From Eledone cirrhosa (taxonomy: Eukaryota): a stretch of DNA of 64,000 bases. The stretch lies in NCBI GenBank assembly GCA_964016885.1, contig OZ024740.1:122512001-122576000 (forward strand), given 5' to 3'. Position 1 is the first letter of the stretch. Each line of letters opens with the position of its first letter. The notes below the pieces were generated by a model. That model did not search any database, had not been told where the DNA came from, and worked only from the letters and a program-made list of their open reading frames with translations. The position numbers and the translations under genes were made by a program. Below are positions 41,436-54,850 of the stretch, piece by piece.

Positions 41436-41490
41436 GCTATCTGATGAGGACGTACTGTTGTACATCCGAAATATGTATAATAAAATGTAA
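41436..41490 (+). ncRNA. Decayed minimal type I hammerhead ribozyme
   Basis: CTGATGA ggacgtac-tgtt-gtacatcc GAAA tatGTA; stem II 7 of 8 pairs; stem III derived from the palindrome ACATGT; stem I eroded. Confidence 0.55.
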
Positions 41491-41780
41491 TTGATCAAAA
41501 GAACATCTATTTTATTAATATTTATTTATTAATATATATATACACACACACATTATATATATATAAACTGCGATAATATTGCTTATGCTGAACTCCATAT
41601 ATTTGTTGAATTTTTTCAGAATGTCTTCACTGGTATTTCTTGTAAACAGATTTTCGTCTCATCCCGGCATGACTAGCGTGTGTCCACGTGTGTTTTGTTA
41701 TTTCAATTCTACACGCTGTTCGCTTGCCTGCATTTAATTCCCCTCCGTTATTTTAGCAATGTATTTGTTAATGTTTTGAA

Positions 41781-41857
41781 CACTACTGAAGATCGATGCA
41801 ACCGTCACTAACCCCACTGAAAAGTTTCGTGAAACAGTCTTTTAAGACTATATAGTG
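41781..41857 (+). ncRNA. Type I hammerhead ribozyme motif in a TA-flanked PLE terminal-repeat relic (~41565-42010)
   Basis: cacta CTGAAGA t-cga...tcg-t GAAA c-agtct-ttta-agact-a TA tagtg. Stem I 5 bp, stem III 5 bp plus a C-A mismatch, U-U at 10.1/11.1. Confidence 0.7.
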
Positions 41858-42191
41858 CATTTGTAGTTTTCCCCAAATTGACGGTTAAGTATTTTTTTTG
41901 ATTTTATTACTTATCCCAAATCTTACGTTAAACATTTTTCATCTTGATGTTATGGTCACTTATATGTCTGAATTATTGTTGGCTTTTTGCTTACATTAAT
42001 TTCTCTATTTTCATTTATATATATATATATAATTAATAAATCTGTACTCCAAGGTAGTCGCATTGGATGGAGTCAACTGACGTCGGAGATTGCTCAACGT
42101 ATAATAAAATATAATAAAATATGCTTTAAAATCCGGAGAAAATATGAAGAAGAAGTTTATGAAACGGAAATGCGGGTATAAAGAATTTACT

Positions 42192-42308
42192 AGGTAACAA
42201 TTGTTTCTATAGTGTGTGGGTTACCTATACCTCGTTATTTGTATAATATAAACATATTATCATAAATCGCAGGTACACTGTAAGAGAACACACCATGTCG
42301 TCAGACCT
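42192..42308 (-). ncRNA. Type I hammerhead ribozyme with ~90-nt stem II, in the 3' pLTR
   Basis: Minus: aggt CTGACGA c-atggtgtgt...acacactat-a GAAAC aatt GTT acct; palindromic stem III ACAATTGT. Confidence 0.7.
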
Positions 42309-42687
42309 TTATGATAGGAGAATATTTTATACACTAGATATGTGAGAAAGTAGGAGGTAGGGAGGGAAGCGAGTAAGGGGGAGGTAGTCTTAGATTCAAG
42401 ACTGTCAGAGTAGTAGAGATTGTATAGAAGAAAATGTTTTGGCAGCAGTTAGCTAAATGAGGCGTGTTAGGGTTGGCGGGGGAAGTAAATTCTTCTCGTG
42501 GTGATCAACGTAGTACAGAATTATAGACGAGTTATTGGGGCTATTATAGTAGCAGGATATTTCTAAAGGAGTCTAAAAAACAGTGTTTAGTGTTATTATT
42601 ATAAAAAGCGATATCGTGTGTATAAAGATATAAAAATATGAAATAAAAATAATAAAAATTTGCAAATGGTGGTGTAAAAAGATAACA

Positions 42688-44959
42688 TTACATGCATTTA
42701 AAAAAAGAAAAAGTCGTTTTTAAACGATGGTTACAGTAAAGTGAACGTTCAATTTTGCTGTTCAAAAGTTTGTTTTCCGACGTTAAAATGCAGTATATCT
42801 CCATATTGCATAATTTACAAAATCGCTGATTTTGCTTATATGCTGGCGCAAATGCAATAATTTGCCAATCAAGGGAGAATGCTTGATTGTTCTTCCGAAG
42901 CTGCCAGGCTTTATCGGCGAGGGTTGTTACGGAGCGCATTTTCTCATGCTTGATCGAGGATCGATGTTGGTATAGGCGAGCTTTGAAAGATGTTGCGGTA
43001 CATCCGACGTAATACCATTTGTTGGTTCCGGAATTTATTGTACATCGGTAGACAATATTGCGTGTTAGGCATTGGTTATTCAATGGGCACGAACCTGGTT
43101 TAGTGCAGTTACAGTTATTTTTATGTTTTGCAGTAGTATCCTGGATAGTTTGGTGGGGTTGTAGCTGCGTGTTAGTCCGTTGTATGTCGCTATGCTGGTG
43201 CGCTGTGTCATTAGGGATGTACTTATTTAGTATTGTTGAGTTGAGCTTTTTAATTAGTTGCTCTATGTTAGGTGCAGTGGAGTATGAGAGTCTAATGGTG
43301 CGCGAGTTTAAGATTCTATAGTATTTATGTGAAGTTGTAAAGTGTTTATTGATCAGTGTATAGAATTGTGAGATAATCTTAGTGCTAATAGAAATATTGT
43401 ACACGGGGTTATACCATATGTACTCTCTACGTCTAACTCTATTTGTTGGTTTGCACCTATTATTATGCCTATTAATGTGTCTGTGTGGTGCAATACTAGT
43501 TCGACTTAGATGTGATTTATTCATAGTACCTATGTGGTTATCTTCTAGATATTCTATTTTCTCGCAGTAACCAGCTTTTCTAAGTGCGTCGTTATAATAC
43601 TCAGCATGCTCGTTGAAGGTCTGCAAATTAGACGATAGTCGGGAGATCCTTATGGATATATTTTTAGGGATATATTTAATAATGGAATGGGGATGGTTCG
43701 ATCTTACATTAACGTATTTGAGATTTTCATTAAGTTTGTGAAATGGCGTTATTAAGATTGAAGGTGACATCCAAGAAATTGACCACTTTAAGATTGTGTT
43801 CGAAGGTAATACTAAGTCCTAGTTCTAAGAAAAGTTTCCTAATGTTTTTACGTCGCCTTTCTAGGTTTTGTTTGTTCATATTTTTGACTAATAGGAGTGC
43901 ATCATCACGGTAGATTCCGCCGTGGAGGTCAATAAATTCGCTCTGGAGTCTGTGAGCTATATAGATTCCAACCAAATCCGTAACTTCCGCCGAATCATTA
44001 GAACTCATCGTAATGTCAAATCCCGAGGGTCTATATCTGCGGACCCAATAACTATTTTCAAGATGGACTACTGTGCGTCTAGCTTCAAGTATAATATTAA
44101 TATCTTCGTTTGTGAGGTTCGAGTTAACCTTAGCGAATGAGAAGGCCTTATGCAGAGTTTCAGGTGAAATAGAGGAATAGTATTTATCTATATCGAATTG
44201 AATAAAAGAAGATTTGTTTTGTCACTGGTGTTATTGAACCAACTTATTGCCTGTTGAGTATTACCCCATAATTTAATATCTACCTTAGCCTTAACTTGAG
44301 TGATAATACGATCTAATATGTACTTACTGATTCTATCTATATCAGATTTTGAAGGACATATCAATCTAATTGTAGGGTTAGTATCGAAGTTAGCCTTATG
44401 GTCCTTCAAATTAAAAGTCGGTGTAGCTGGAGATAGGGGGTCCGTTCTGTCGTCGATTTTCAGTTTCTTAACAATATCACATGCTGCGTTATTAATGTTG
44501 GTTAGTGTAGTTGCGTTTGTTTTTTTTGTACTTCGTATGTAATTCCTTACGTATAAAATTATTATATGTTTCTACATCTAGGGTATATAGATTCGATGTT
44601 TTGTCTGCCTTTATAATAATTCATTTGGTATTTCTTAAGTTGCCGAGTAGAGTTTTAATCTCCCGTTGCAGTTCGTTTTTCCTTCCGTTTGCAAATTTGA
44701 TTCCGGTTATCATTTTCATTAAGTCTTGCTCGAAAGAATCCAGAAGAGGGTTAGAGGGTGGGTTTTTGTAGGATTTGAAATCAAACTTATCGTTGTTGGT
44801 GTTGGAAGTTTGTGTAATCCTATTCCTATCGAAGTGAAAGGCCTTCCATCTAATCCGCCGAATAAATTCGTTGGTCCTTTGTATCATACCAATAATGTAT
44901 TCTTTTTTACCCTAAACGGGTATGTTTTTTAAGGACATACCACAATGATCTTTTTCCAT
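42688..44959 (-). pseudogene. PLE polyprotein (RT + C-terminal GIY-YIG endonuclease), broken by stops and frameshifts
   Basis: SLKNIP, FIRRIRWKA, KDHKANF...RLICPSKSD, GIYRDD, VNFLDVT, SNHP, WYNP, CNC..CPL...C, IVYRC...YYVGCT..FKAR..QH, CKLCNME, CNH. Confidence 0.9.
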
Positions 44960-45274
44960 TTCGGAGACGTAGGTTGGTAGGTTACTCGACTGTAAAGGAG
45001 TGTGAAGAATTAATAAATCTGTACTCCAATGTTACTAGGTAGTCGCATTGGATGGGGTCAACTGACGTCGGAGATTGCTCAACGTATAATAAAATATAAT
45101 ACAATATGCTTTAAAATCCGGAGAAAATATGAAAAAGAAGTTTATGAAACGGAAATGCGGGTATAAAGAATTTACTAGGTAACAATTGTTTCTATAGTGT
45201 GTGGGTTACCTATACCTTGCTATTTGTATAATATAAAAATATTATCATAATATTCTCCTATCATTCTTCCATAA

Positions 45275-45391
45275 AGGTCTGACGACATGGTGTGTTCTCT
45301 TACAGTGTACCTACGATTTATGATAATATTTTTATATTATACAAATAGCGAGGTATAGGTAACCCACACACTATAGAAACAATTGTTACCT
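45275..45391 (+). ncRNA. Second copy of the long-stem-II hammerhead, in the inverted pLTR
   Basis: aggt CTGACGA(45279-85) ... GAAAC(45376-80) aatt GTT acct. Confidence 0.7.
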
Positions 45392-45434
45392 AGTAAATTC
45401 TTTATACCTGCATTTCCGTTTCATAAACTTCTTC

Positions 45435-45473
<39 letters not shown>

Positions 45474-45489
45474 ATTTCAAGAATTGTCA

Positions 45490-48400
45490 CCATCTGATCC
45501 TCCTCTCACACATGGGTTGCATGAACATCACTCTTTAGCCCTTTCAAGAATTTACATTCCTTTCTGCATATGCTGCATAGATGAATATCACTTCCACTTT
45601 GGTTTGCTGTTTTGTTTTGGTGAGTTTTCAAAGGATGTTGTGGTCCACCAGCTGAGGCACATTGTTCTCCACACTTCTGACAGGAAGAAATACCAAAGAG
45701 ACTATAATCAGCAACATTTTTTACATGGCATTTATAATGATTTCTCAGACCAGCTTTATTGAGGCAAATCTGGCTACACTCATTACACAAGAACATTTTG
45801 AGCATTTAAAAATCCAGATAAATTAATATCGTCTAGAACTCTCTTCAAATTTGCATGACCCATACAAGATTTTTCAAATTGCTGTTTCTCATTAAGCACT
45901 CTTTTTCTCCAGGATGATTGATCTAATATAATGTCCCAAATATCTTCTTCTCTTGTCTTTGACTTTAAAAAAAGCTCTTTTGATCCTCTCTTTATACCTG
46001 AATTTTGGTTTATGCCTTGGCCATTTGTCTTTGACTAACTTCCTGTACAGCAACCGATTAGGAATATGAGGCTCTGGCATTCTTACATCAGAGCTGCTCC
46101 AGTAAAATCTATATTAAATTACTTTCACAAGGACTTTGTTCCAGCAGTTCAACATCACTAATATGTGACTGCCAATTGATACTGAGTATTCAGCAAATAC
46201 ACTGTTGATTAAAATGTTCAAATATTTTTCTATTTTGATGGTATGTGACTCATTTTTCATATGCAAACAACAATGAATACAATACACATATTCTGTACAA
46301 CTTTAACTTTGTATCAATGGAAATTCCACCAGAGATGCTCATCTAATTTAGCAAAAGAATCACTGGTTTTATTTAGTCGTACTGAGATTTTATCATCAAG
46401 TGTGTTTGTAATGATAACTATGCTGCTTAAATACACAAATTTATACACTGCCTTTAAGGATTTTCCATACACATAAATGCTAGGCTCAGTGAAGTCCTTG
46501 TCTGAAGCAGGTTGAAACATGACAACTGCCTTGGTCCAACTGATTGTCAGAACCAATGCACTACACACCTATGTAAAATAATCCATCAGGTGCTGCGTTT
46601 CACTCTCTGAGTGAGCAATAAGTTCACAATCATCTGCATATAAAAATATATGTATTCAAGAAGTGAATACCTTTGTTTTGGTAGGAAACTCTCTGATTTT
46701 GCCTGTCAAATGATACTTGATATAAACAGTGTAGATGCTGGTATGTCACCTTCATTTCCCTTATTTTCTACAAAAATGGGGTCTGAAACCTGTCCAGCTA
46801 TATTGATACAAGCTTCCATTCCATCATAAAGACCTCTCAGAATTGATAGAAACTTGTCTGGACAACTGAGCTTAGTTAGAATCTTCCTTAACCCTTTAGC
46901 ATTTACATTACTCTATATTTACCATTGTATTTTCACAGTAACAGCTTTACCTCACATGATTATCTCACATGATATTGAAGCTACGGGATGTTGATGTTAT
47001 TTATCTTGAGAACAATACCTTAACATCAGTATAAGCGGCCAATTATAGCGAGTTCGAACAGAAAGAGGTCAATTTAAATGCTAAAGGTTTAAGACAGTTT
47101 GATTTGCTGTATCAAAAGCATTTTTCAAATCAACAAAGACATTATATAAATCTATTCCCTGTTCAATGCAATTTTCCTGTAGTTCCCTCACAGATAAGAT
47201 GAAGTCTGTTTTACCTTTGCTACTTCTAAAGTTGCACTGTGACTGAGAAAGAACATTGCCAGTGATATTTTCAAGCAATCTTACACAAAACTTTTCCCAC
47301 AACTGGCAGGATATACCATGATATTTACTACAATCATTCTTTGTATTTTTTTTCTTTGTAAAGCATTAACATCATTGCATCTTTCCAGTCTTGGCTAACA
47401 TATGCTTCCTTCTAAATCATATGTGTAAGAAGTCAAATTACATTTTGATTTCCACATTTCAATACCTCAACACAAATATCAACCTTTTCTGGCAATTCTC
47501 GATTAGTGAGTTGTTTTAGAGCCACATCTACTTTATCTAAGGTAGGACTTTCTGCTAGTACACCATATGTGAGCCAACTAGGAATTGAGTCAATAAACTC
47601 CCCATTGACTTAAGAAGGTTTATTCAAAAGTTCATTGAAGTGTTCTCTCCATCTCAAAAGGATGTCCTGTGAGACTCTAAACAATTCATTGCCATTTCGA
47701 GATTTCAGAGGTGTAATTGGCAAAGAATAAAGACTACAAACTTCTCAAATTAAACTGTTAAGTAGCTTTGAATTATTGGCATCAGCTCCAGCCTGATTCT
47801 CCTTCACTTTACTTCCTTACCATATATCTTGCTGTAAGTTTGCCTTCTCCTCCTACAACAACGTTTCATTGCTTCCAGCTCCTTGCCCTCCTGTATCACA
47901 TTCATCATTTTTTTCTTTTATTAAGAAGCACTTCAATCTCTTCCTCATTTTCATCAAACTAATATTGATGTTTCCTATTAAACCTATTAATAACACCAAG
48001 AAGAGATAATGGATCTTAACTAACTTTCTAACTTTCTAATCAACTCATCCTTTGAACCTGGATGCATCAAGGTAGCCTTGTAATTCTCCTTGTGCAGGTA
48101 GAAAATGTTACCTACACAAAGATTTAGCTCCTGGCACATTTGTAAGGATAAAAATCCATTGATATTACATTTTATAATTCCATGTTTGCAATCACATCCC
48201 AATTTCTTTGATCCTTTCCAACCCTAGCATTAAAATCCCCGAGTATCAGAATTTTAATTAGAATGTATCTTCTGGATAAGTTCTTTTAAGAACAGATAAA
48301 ATGCAAGCTTTCCAGTCTCCGTAGTGCAGAGAGTTAGAACAAATGTAACATACTTATTTTTGGTTAACAGAACCCTCATAAAAATGAACTGATCAGAGAA

Positions 48401-49100
48401 TCCATAAGGAAACTCATATTGCCTGGAAGCAATTGTATGTTTAACAGAAAATGCCAGCCCAGCTTCTTTCTTTGATCTTTCTGACCTTCCACTCCTATAA
48501 AAATATATCCACCAGACATTTCCTGAATATGACCCTCCTCAACAAACCTGGCCTCAGACAAATCTACAATAACCATGTTGAAATGTCGATGGTCTTTTGC
48601 CACAATGATTGATTTTCTTTCAGGATGAGACAATGCAGCTTTATGGTTTAACAATGTCCATACATTCCAGCAGCCAATATTGGTTTGGTTTTGGTTTTCT
48701 TTTAGTAGCCATATCATGACTATGCCCAGGCTACAGTGCTCTGGAAAACCTGCTGAGCAAGACCTTTTACTTCTTGTTCCAGAGTCATTTTTGCCATTGA
48801 CTAATACATCATTCTTTGAGTTCATCATTTTAAAATGTTTTGCCTGTTTTGGAGATGTCTAGCCATGTTCATGCAACACACATAAAATATGTTTAGATCA
48901 CGTGGTGCCAGCGTATTTTTAAGTGTAGAAAGTCTTTGCATTGGATTGATCTCCCTCTCTGAACAATGGTGGCGGATAGCCAAAAAGAAGAACAGGTCAA
49001 CATGATAAGCAGCCATCGAGTCACAGGTTTTACATCAGAGTTTTCCTTCTCATAGAATGATGTCCTAACAATGACCAGGGGTCTTTTTCTCTCGATGGGC
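45490..49100 (-). mobile_element. Old near full-length RTE-BovB-like LINE (5' UTR, APE endonuclease, RT, C-terminal C2H2 fingers)
   Basis: APE N-terminus NIGCWNVWTLL..PERKS..LSEARF; RT SQCNFR..VFVDLKNAFDT, YADDC, FVYLSS; C-terminal CNEC..GLRNH and CSIC..GLKS; many stops. Confidence 0.88.
46892..47088. mobile_element. TTAA-duplicating MITE (piggyBac-like) inserted in the RTE RT
   Basis: ttaa|ccctttagcattta ... taaatgctaaaggt|ttaa; removing it rejoins AFDTANQTVL to RKILTKLSCPDKF. Confidence 0.8.
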
Positions 49101-51945
49101 TAACCATGTGCTCGAGCAACAAATCAAATATTTCCATGTCCTCACACATGTATATATACATAGATAGATATATACATATTCATACATACACACATATATA
49201 TATTATGACACTATGCCTTCTTTGTGACCCCATAGGTGTAGAAAATACAGAAATATCATTGTTCATTGTTGCAAACAAGCATAATACCTGATTACCACAA
49301 GACTGTCTATGTGTGTAACCCAACATACAGTGGAATTTGATTATAATGACAGTGAACTACACTTAATACCCAGCCTCACTGTCATTCCTAACTTCCTAGA
49401 CCAGTGGCAATGTGGGATGAGATGAATACAAGTGTACCATAGATGTAGTTGTATATCAAATTTAATCTTCATGCCTCACAATGACCTGAGATATATATCC
49501 CACAGTGATATTACTTTTCTGCTCATATAAACTTGAACACTTATCATTGTATTTCCTCTGCAGAGTCCATTGTAAATCCAATGTTCACATATCTGACAAC
49601 CCTTAAATAATTTCACAAAATGTTTCAGACACATTAGCTACACTCAACTTGGTTTATAGAGCTTGCTAGTTATCATTGCAACACGTAGAAAGTTGATGGA
49701 GACACAACTAAGTGTTTAATAGAGGTAGAAGTTAATGACAAACAAGCTTTTCTGAAAACAAATATCAGAACCCCTACATAAGGTGTTATCCCTCACTAAC
49801 ACCCCATACCCATAAATTGAAAGAAAAAGTTGATATAATTGAAGGTGTTTCTCAATACATGAAATTATGTATTGAGAAACACATTACGACTTAACCTATA
49901 TCACTCATATTATTCAGATGAGGGAAAAAGTTTTGAATGACACTGTTGACTTAGTATAATTATAACCTCAACTAATCAAATTATATCACAGATACAGAAT
50001 GCCATTATATCCATGACTACTTTTTAAAATATGGTATAAATGTACCTAGATCTATATACTGTAGTGCGATACAGTAGAATTCTTTTATTTGCATTCATTA
50101 TATTTTGCTGGACATGAAGCTACTCTTCATGAAAGAAATAAAACTAATTGAATCAACTCCAACATACTGTTGGTACAAACTTCTTCATCCAAGGAAGTAT
50201 GATTGCAAATTGATCTGAACAACTGAAGAGACTTGAATTATATTACAAATAATTGAAATAAGAAGCCCAAATTAGAGTGCTGCAGCTGAACAGATCTGAG
50301 TAGTTGATTTGTATTTATTGGACCATAGAACATAACTAATAAATACAATTCCTTTAGGAATGCAAGGTTCTGAATTAAATAATGGCATAGCACAAAATGT
50401 ACACATTTTTATTCAAATAATAATGTACACTTAAAGTAAATGGGGTAACAAAATAAGTAGGTTCATGCTTATGTTTTCAGGCTTTATTTCAAAACATTAT
50501 CTTAGCAATTTTTAAATATAGGTCAATAAAATAACAGCATTGTTTGATATTCTTGCTAAAACCCTTGAAAGCAATCCAATGACTGAAATCTGTTAAAGGG
50601 CTAGCTCAGGCTTAGAGATAGAAAAGCATTACTTGAAGCATATAGAAAGTATGTTTAATAGGGGATTTAAAATGGAAAACATTAGGTCTCATTGATATGA
50701 TGGCATAGAAAAAGCATGGAAAATAGGTGTTAACTGACAGCGTATGTAAATCACCCATCACAGAAAAGATATTGAAGCAATAACAAAAATCACCTCTTGT
50801 TATTTTCGAACGGTTTTTTTCCTTGGGTAAACTGCTCTTCATTCATATTCAGGTGTAGACATAAGGCTCTTAGTTTAGGTTATTTATATACTATAATAGA
50901 AATCTTACCTGTTTTGTCTTCAAAATATAGCATGTATATAAATACAACTAATGTTTCTATACACATTGATAAAGTATGGATTGGTTTTTGCTTATTTGTG
51001 ATGAGCTGCTAAAAAAATTAGAATGTTGTTGTATCTCTCAAGTAATACATGATAATTGTTGTAATTTCTTAAATAACTTAAACATTTTAAAAATGACTTA
51101 GAAAATTATATTCATATTTTTCAATCTCTTTCCATAAAGCATTTTACATGCCATCATTTCACCTATTGATATTATAATTCATATAACATGAAAAAAAATT
51201 AATTCATGAAACACAATAAAATGAAAACAAAGCCACAACACTAGCAAAAAGAAAATGAATTGAATCAAGCTATTAGTATTTTTGTGAAAATAGCATAATC
51301 AAACATATAAATCATTCTGTGACAGCCCATATCAAATAAAAAGACAAGACAGGGGAGACAAAACATAACAATGATTCTGAATAAGTAACACTAAACAAAA
51401 ATAAAAAAAAAGAATATAAACACACTAAAGAATATTACAAATAAATACATATAATAGATATAAATATTTACCAAGTGATTCCTGAAGTTTCAGCAGAAAT
51501 AAATAAATAATAATAACAATGCTGAAATATTTATTTTCATCATAATTCTAATAGAGTACACAAATCTACTATAACTATTTTCTTTCCTGGCATGTTTTAT
51601 TGTCAATTTCAATTTCCATTTTTTTTGTGTTGTGGGGGTGTTTTTATTTCACCATCATATGAAATATGAATTTAAAACAAAGCATCCATATGGGATATGA
51701 GAGCATACTTAGAAAACACAAGGGAAATATAAAGTTCTGACGAATAGCACAACTGAAATTGTTTATATTGCAAACAGGATGTGCTATAAAAAATGGTGGA
51801 ATGGAATGAAGATCGTTGGATAGAAAAGAAGCAAATATTTCCTACATCTATTTTATTTATTTCAAAAGCAATCAATTATTTTATTTTCCTTTCCAAATCA
51901 ATTGCTTCTCTTTAGCCATATACAGGTACGTATATCTGTGTAAAG

Positions 51946-52365
51946 ATAACGTTTTTCCCTGCTTGCAAGGATGGGATGGGTCCTATTCAGCACAGCATCT
52001 CTGCACTTGTCACGGTCCTTTGTCTTCTCCACCGTGAGCTTCAGCGATCTGAGGTCCGCTCTTACCACCTCTGCCCATGTTTTTCGGGCTCTTCCTCTAC
52101 TACGTCTTCCTTCAACTGACATTTCTTGGCACTTCTTCACCTATCGGTCCTCCTCCATGTGCATCACATGTCGATACCATCACAGTCTCCTCTCCCGCAC
52201 ACAACAATTTATCTCTCTCAGACACAGTTTATCTCTTAACACATCCATGCTCGGCTGTTCACGCATATTGACATTGCACATCTAACAGAGCATGCTTGCC
52301 TCATTTCTCTCCAGCCGACGCATATCCTCTGCAGTTGCTGCCCATGTCTCACTACCATGCAGCAT
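51946..52365 (-). mobile_element. RTE LINE 3' fragment
   Basis: KKCQEMSVEGRRSRGRARKTWAEVVRADL; strong similarity to 39631-40045. Confidence 0.85.
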
Positions 52366-52379
52366 ATATATATATATAG

Positions 52380-53770
52380 GAGGAGGTTATTTCTGCTTGA
52401 TATATCACTGTTGGGGACTTGCACTGTTTATTTAGTGGGCATGTCTCTGTCATCTGCATGAGCATCCATAAGGTGGAAAACTTTTGCGTTTGCCTATGAT
52501 GTGGGCTTTTAGCTTACTGGTACAAGAGGAGCCTATTTTCACTGTACGGTGAGTGAATATGTCAATTTATTGAGGCTATTAATAAGATTTTACAAAAGTA
52601 TAGTGGGTGGCTAGAGTCCTTATGAATGTACCCATGTTTTTCACTGGGCTTGTAGATTGGTCAGTATGCGATTGTACATAGTTCTAAATTAATGTCTAGG
52701 AAGTTAACATTGGTGAGGTTGGTAGATATTGTAATTTCTAAGCCTAGGCTGCTGAAGATAGTAATCAGGTTTTTTTCTGAACGTGTAAAGGTACTTTTAT
52801 GACTCAATAGTGCAAGACCATAATCATGATATAAGCCCATAAGGAAGTCAGGGAATTCCTTACGTAGTGTGTCTGAGATAAAAAGGCCCTCCAACTTGCA
52901 TATATCAGCACTGTTAAATGAAATGATTGGCACATCAAATGGGTCATTGTTAGTGGATTTCTTTATCCAGGGTCCTCATTATTAAAGAGGAGGGTGTTCA
53001 TGCAGAGGGATATTACTAATCGGTCTAACTTGTTTATATTGGAGAAATTATTAGTGAAATCCAGGGTCTTACCAAGTAAGGTCCTGGATATCGAGAGATA
53101 AAAGTCAACTATATCAAATTGAGTGAACCTAGTCTTTTTAGTGCATGTGAGGTTGTTAAAGCAATCTGTCTACTTGATTATTGTCCCACTCATTAAGGTT
53201 GGACTGTTGTCTAATAGTATATTAATGTTTGTTTCTAATTATATCTTTACTAACAAAACCTAATTCAATTTGGGAGAGTTTATGAGTCTGCATGTTGGTT
53301 TATTTTAGAAGACATCCCTATGATGTTTAAGTGTAATATAAGTCTTTCTCCTAGCCAAGCATTCTAACTTGTTATCTACTCAGAGGGTGGCAGCCCTCAT
53401 TATTGGGGGCAATTTTGCCTCATTTGCCTCATTATTTGGGGCATAATAAATAGCAGGCTCAGCGTTTTTATATTTAGACTGTATGGTCTTGTTCAGAAGT
53501 TGGTTGTAGGGAGAATGATCTAGTTCATAAAAATTGTTAGTTTTATCTGATGGGACAAAACTTTTTATCAGAAGATCTGAAGTATTTTATGTCACTAATT
53601 AGTTTATTCTGAAAGGAGTTGGAATGTTTGCGGAAAGATATATTAGCAACTAGGTTAAAAAGATCAGCTTCAAAAGTAATGAATTCATTTACCTTAAGTG
53701 GGTACTTTCTAGACCTCAGATCAAAAATATTATCTGAACATGGTAATTTCCCATCGAAGGCCATCCTCTT
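52380..53770 (-). mobile_element. Decayed second Naiad-like PLE RT fragment
   Basis: FEADLFNLVANISFRKHSNSFQ, DKTNNFY, TQFDIVDFY, GLYHDYGLA (YRDD relic), VNFLDINL. Confidence 0.8.
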
Positions 53771-54099
53771 AATATATATATATATTAAGAAGTACAAAAC
53801 GAGGTTTGATATTTAGGTTTTTATTGGACAGACTGTTTTAAACTCTTCTCTTATAGCCTGAGTGAAACAGTCACCTAAAGCATGTAGGTTTCTATTGCAA
53901 TAAAGCAAATATATATTACCCAGGAAAGAAATTTGAAACAGACTGTTGGTAATTAATCAATACAGAGTCAATCCCAGGTGAAGAATGTATCAACCAACTT
54001 AAACAAGTAGTTAGCCACCTTAGAGCTAGAACCAAGTGAAATTGGAGATGGAGGAAATAGGGAGTGAAACCAAAAAGCAAGGAGAATAGCTAGGCACCA

Positions 54100-54850
54100 G
54101 ATACAACTAGCCAGAGGTGTAGCATAGAATAAGATGTCTGCACGTTTTCTGCTGTGAGAACCAAAGATGTGAGGTCTCTCAGACTGCTAGGGAATATAAA
54201 GATATTGTTGTTGAGAAGTGCATTCAAAATGATAGTGGCATGCTTGCCCTTACCAATGCTGAAAAGAAAGAAATGTGGAGGTGTCATTATGAGAGACTTC
54301 AATGAAGAGAATGCATGTGAAGAAGAGGTCTGCAACAAGTTGATCCAACTAAGGGATCCCTCTAAATTTGCAGCAGTATGGTTGATGATGCAATCTCCTA
54401 CCAGAGTCCTCCTCCATTCCCATCTCTGATACCTTCTTCTTTGTCTCTTTCCCATCACTTACATCCTTACATTTATCTGTGAACTCCTCTTCCTTGTCCA
54501 AAAAAGCTAGCATATAACACTGAATGTACTCCACAATACAGCCAGACACCCCTCACTTCTTTTTAGGCTCCCTTCCCTCCCTTGGCATGCAACTGGTACC
54601 CTACTACCTCAGTCTCATCCCCCATCCACTATCATTACCTAAGAACAAATGTGCTCTAGTGTTGAAATGTAATAGTGGTGTTACCACAACACAATACCGC
54701 TGGCACATGCTATGAGGTGGCTGGTTTTAGGAAGGACATCAATTCATAGAAACCATGCCATAATGGAACTTATGAGTGAAACGCAGGAATCTGACCCATG
54801 TAGCTTCAGAATTTGGATACACAGCTAAACCATAGAAACATGGAAATACT
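54100..54850 (+). mobile_element. Decayed RTE pieces (APE-RT linker and 3' UTR)
   Basis: EKCIQNDSGMLALTNAEKKEMW..HYERL/NEENA; 3' UTR-like ggttttaggaaggacatc...tagaaacc. Confidence 0.5.

Larger units (their letters stand above)
42031..45440 (-). mobile_element. Near full-length Penelope-like retroelement (Naiad-like) with direct and inverted pseudo-LTRs
   Basis: RT + GIY-YIG ORF; pLTR copy 42031-~42330, direct partial copy 45009-45250, inverted copy ~45249-45440; flanked by TA runs. Confidence 0.92.

Noticed and set aside
42688-43770. Selenocysteine (TGA) use as reported for some Naiad PLEs
   Set aside because: The GIY-YIG region reads through with ordinary Cys codons and no in-frame TGA.
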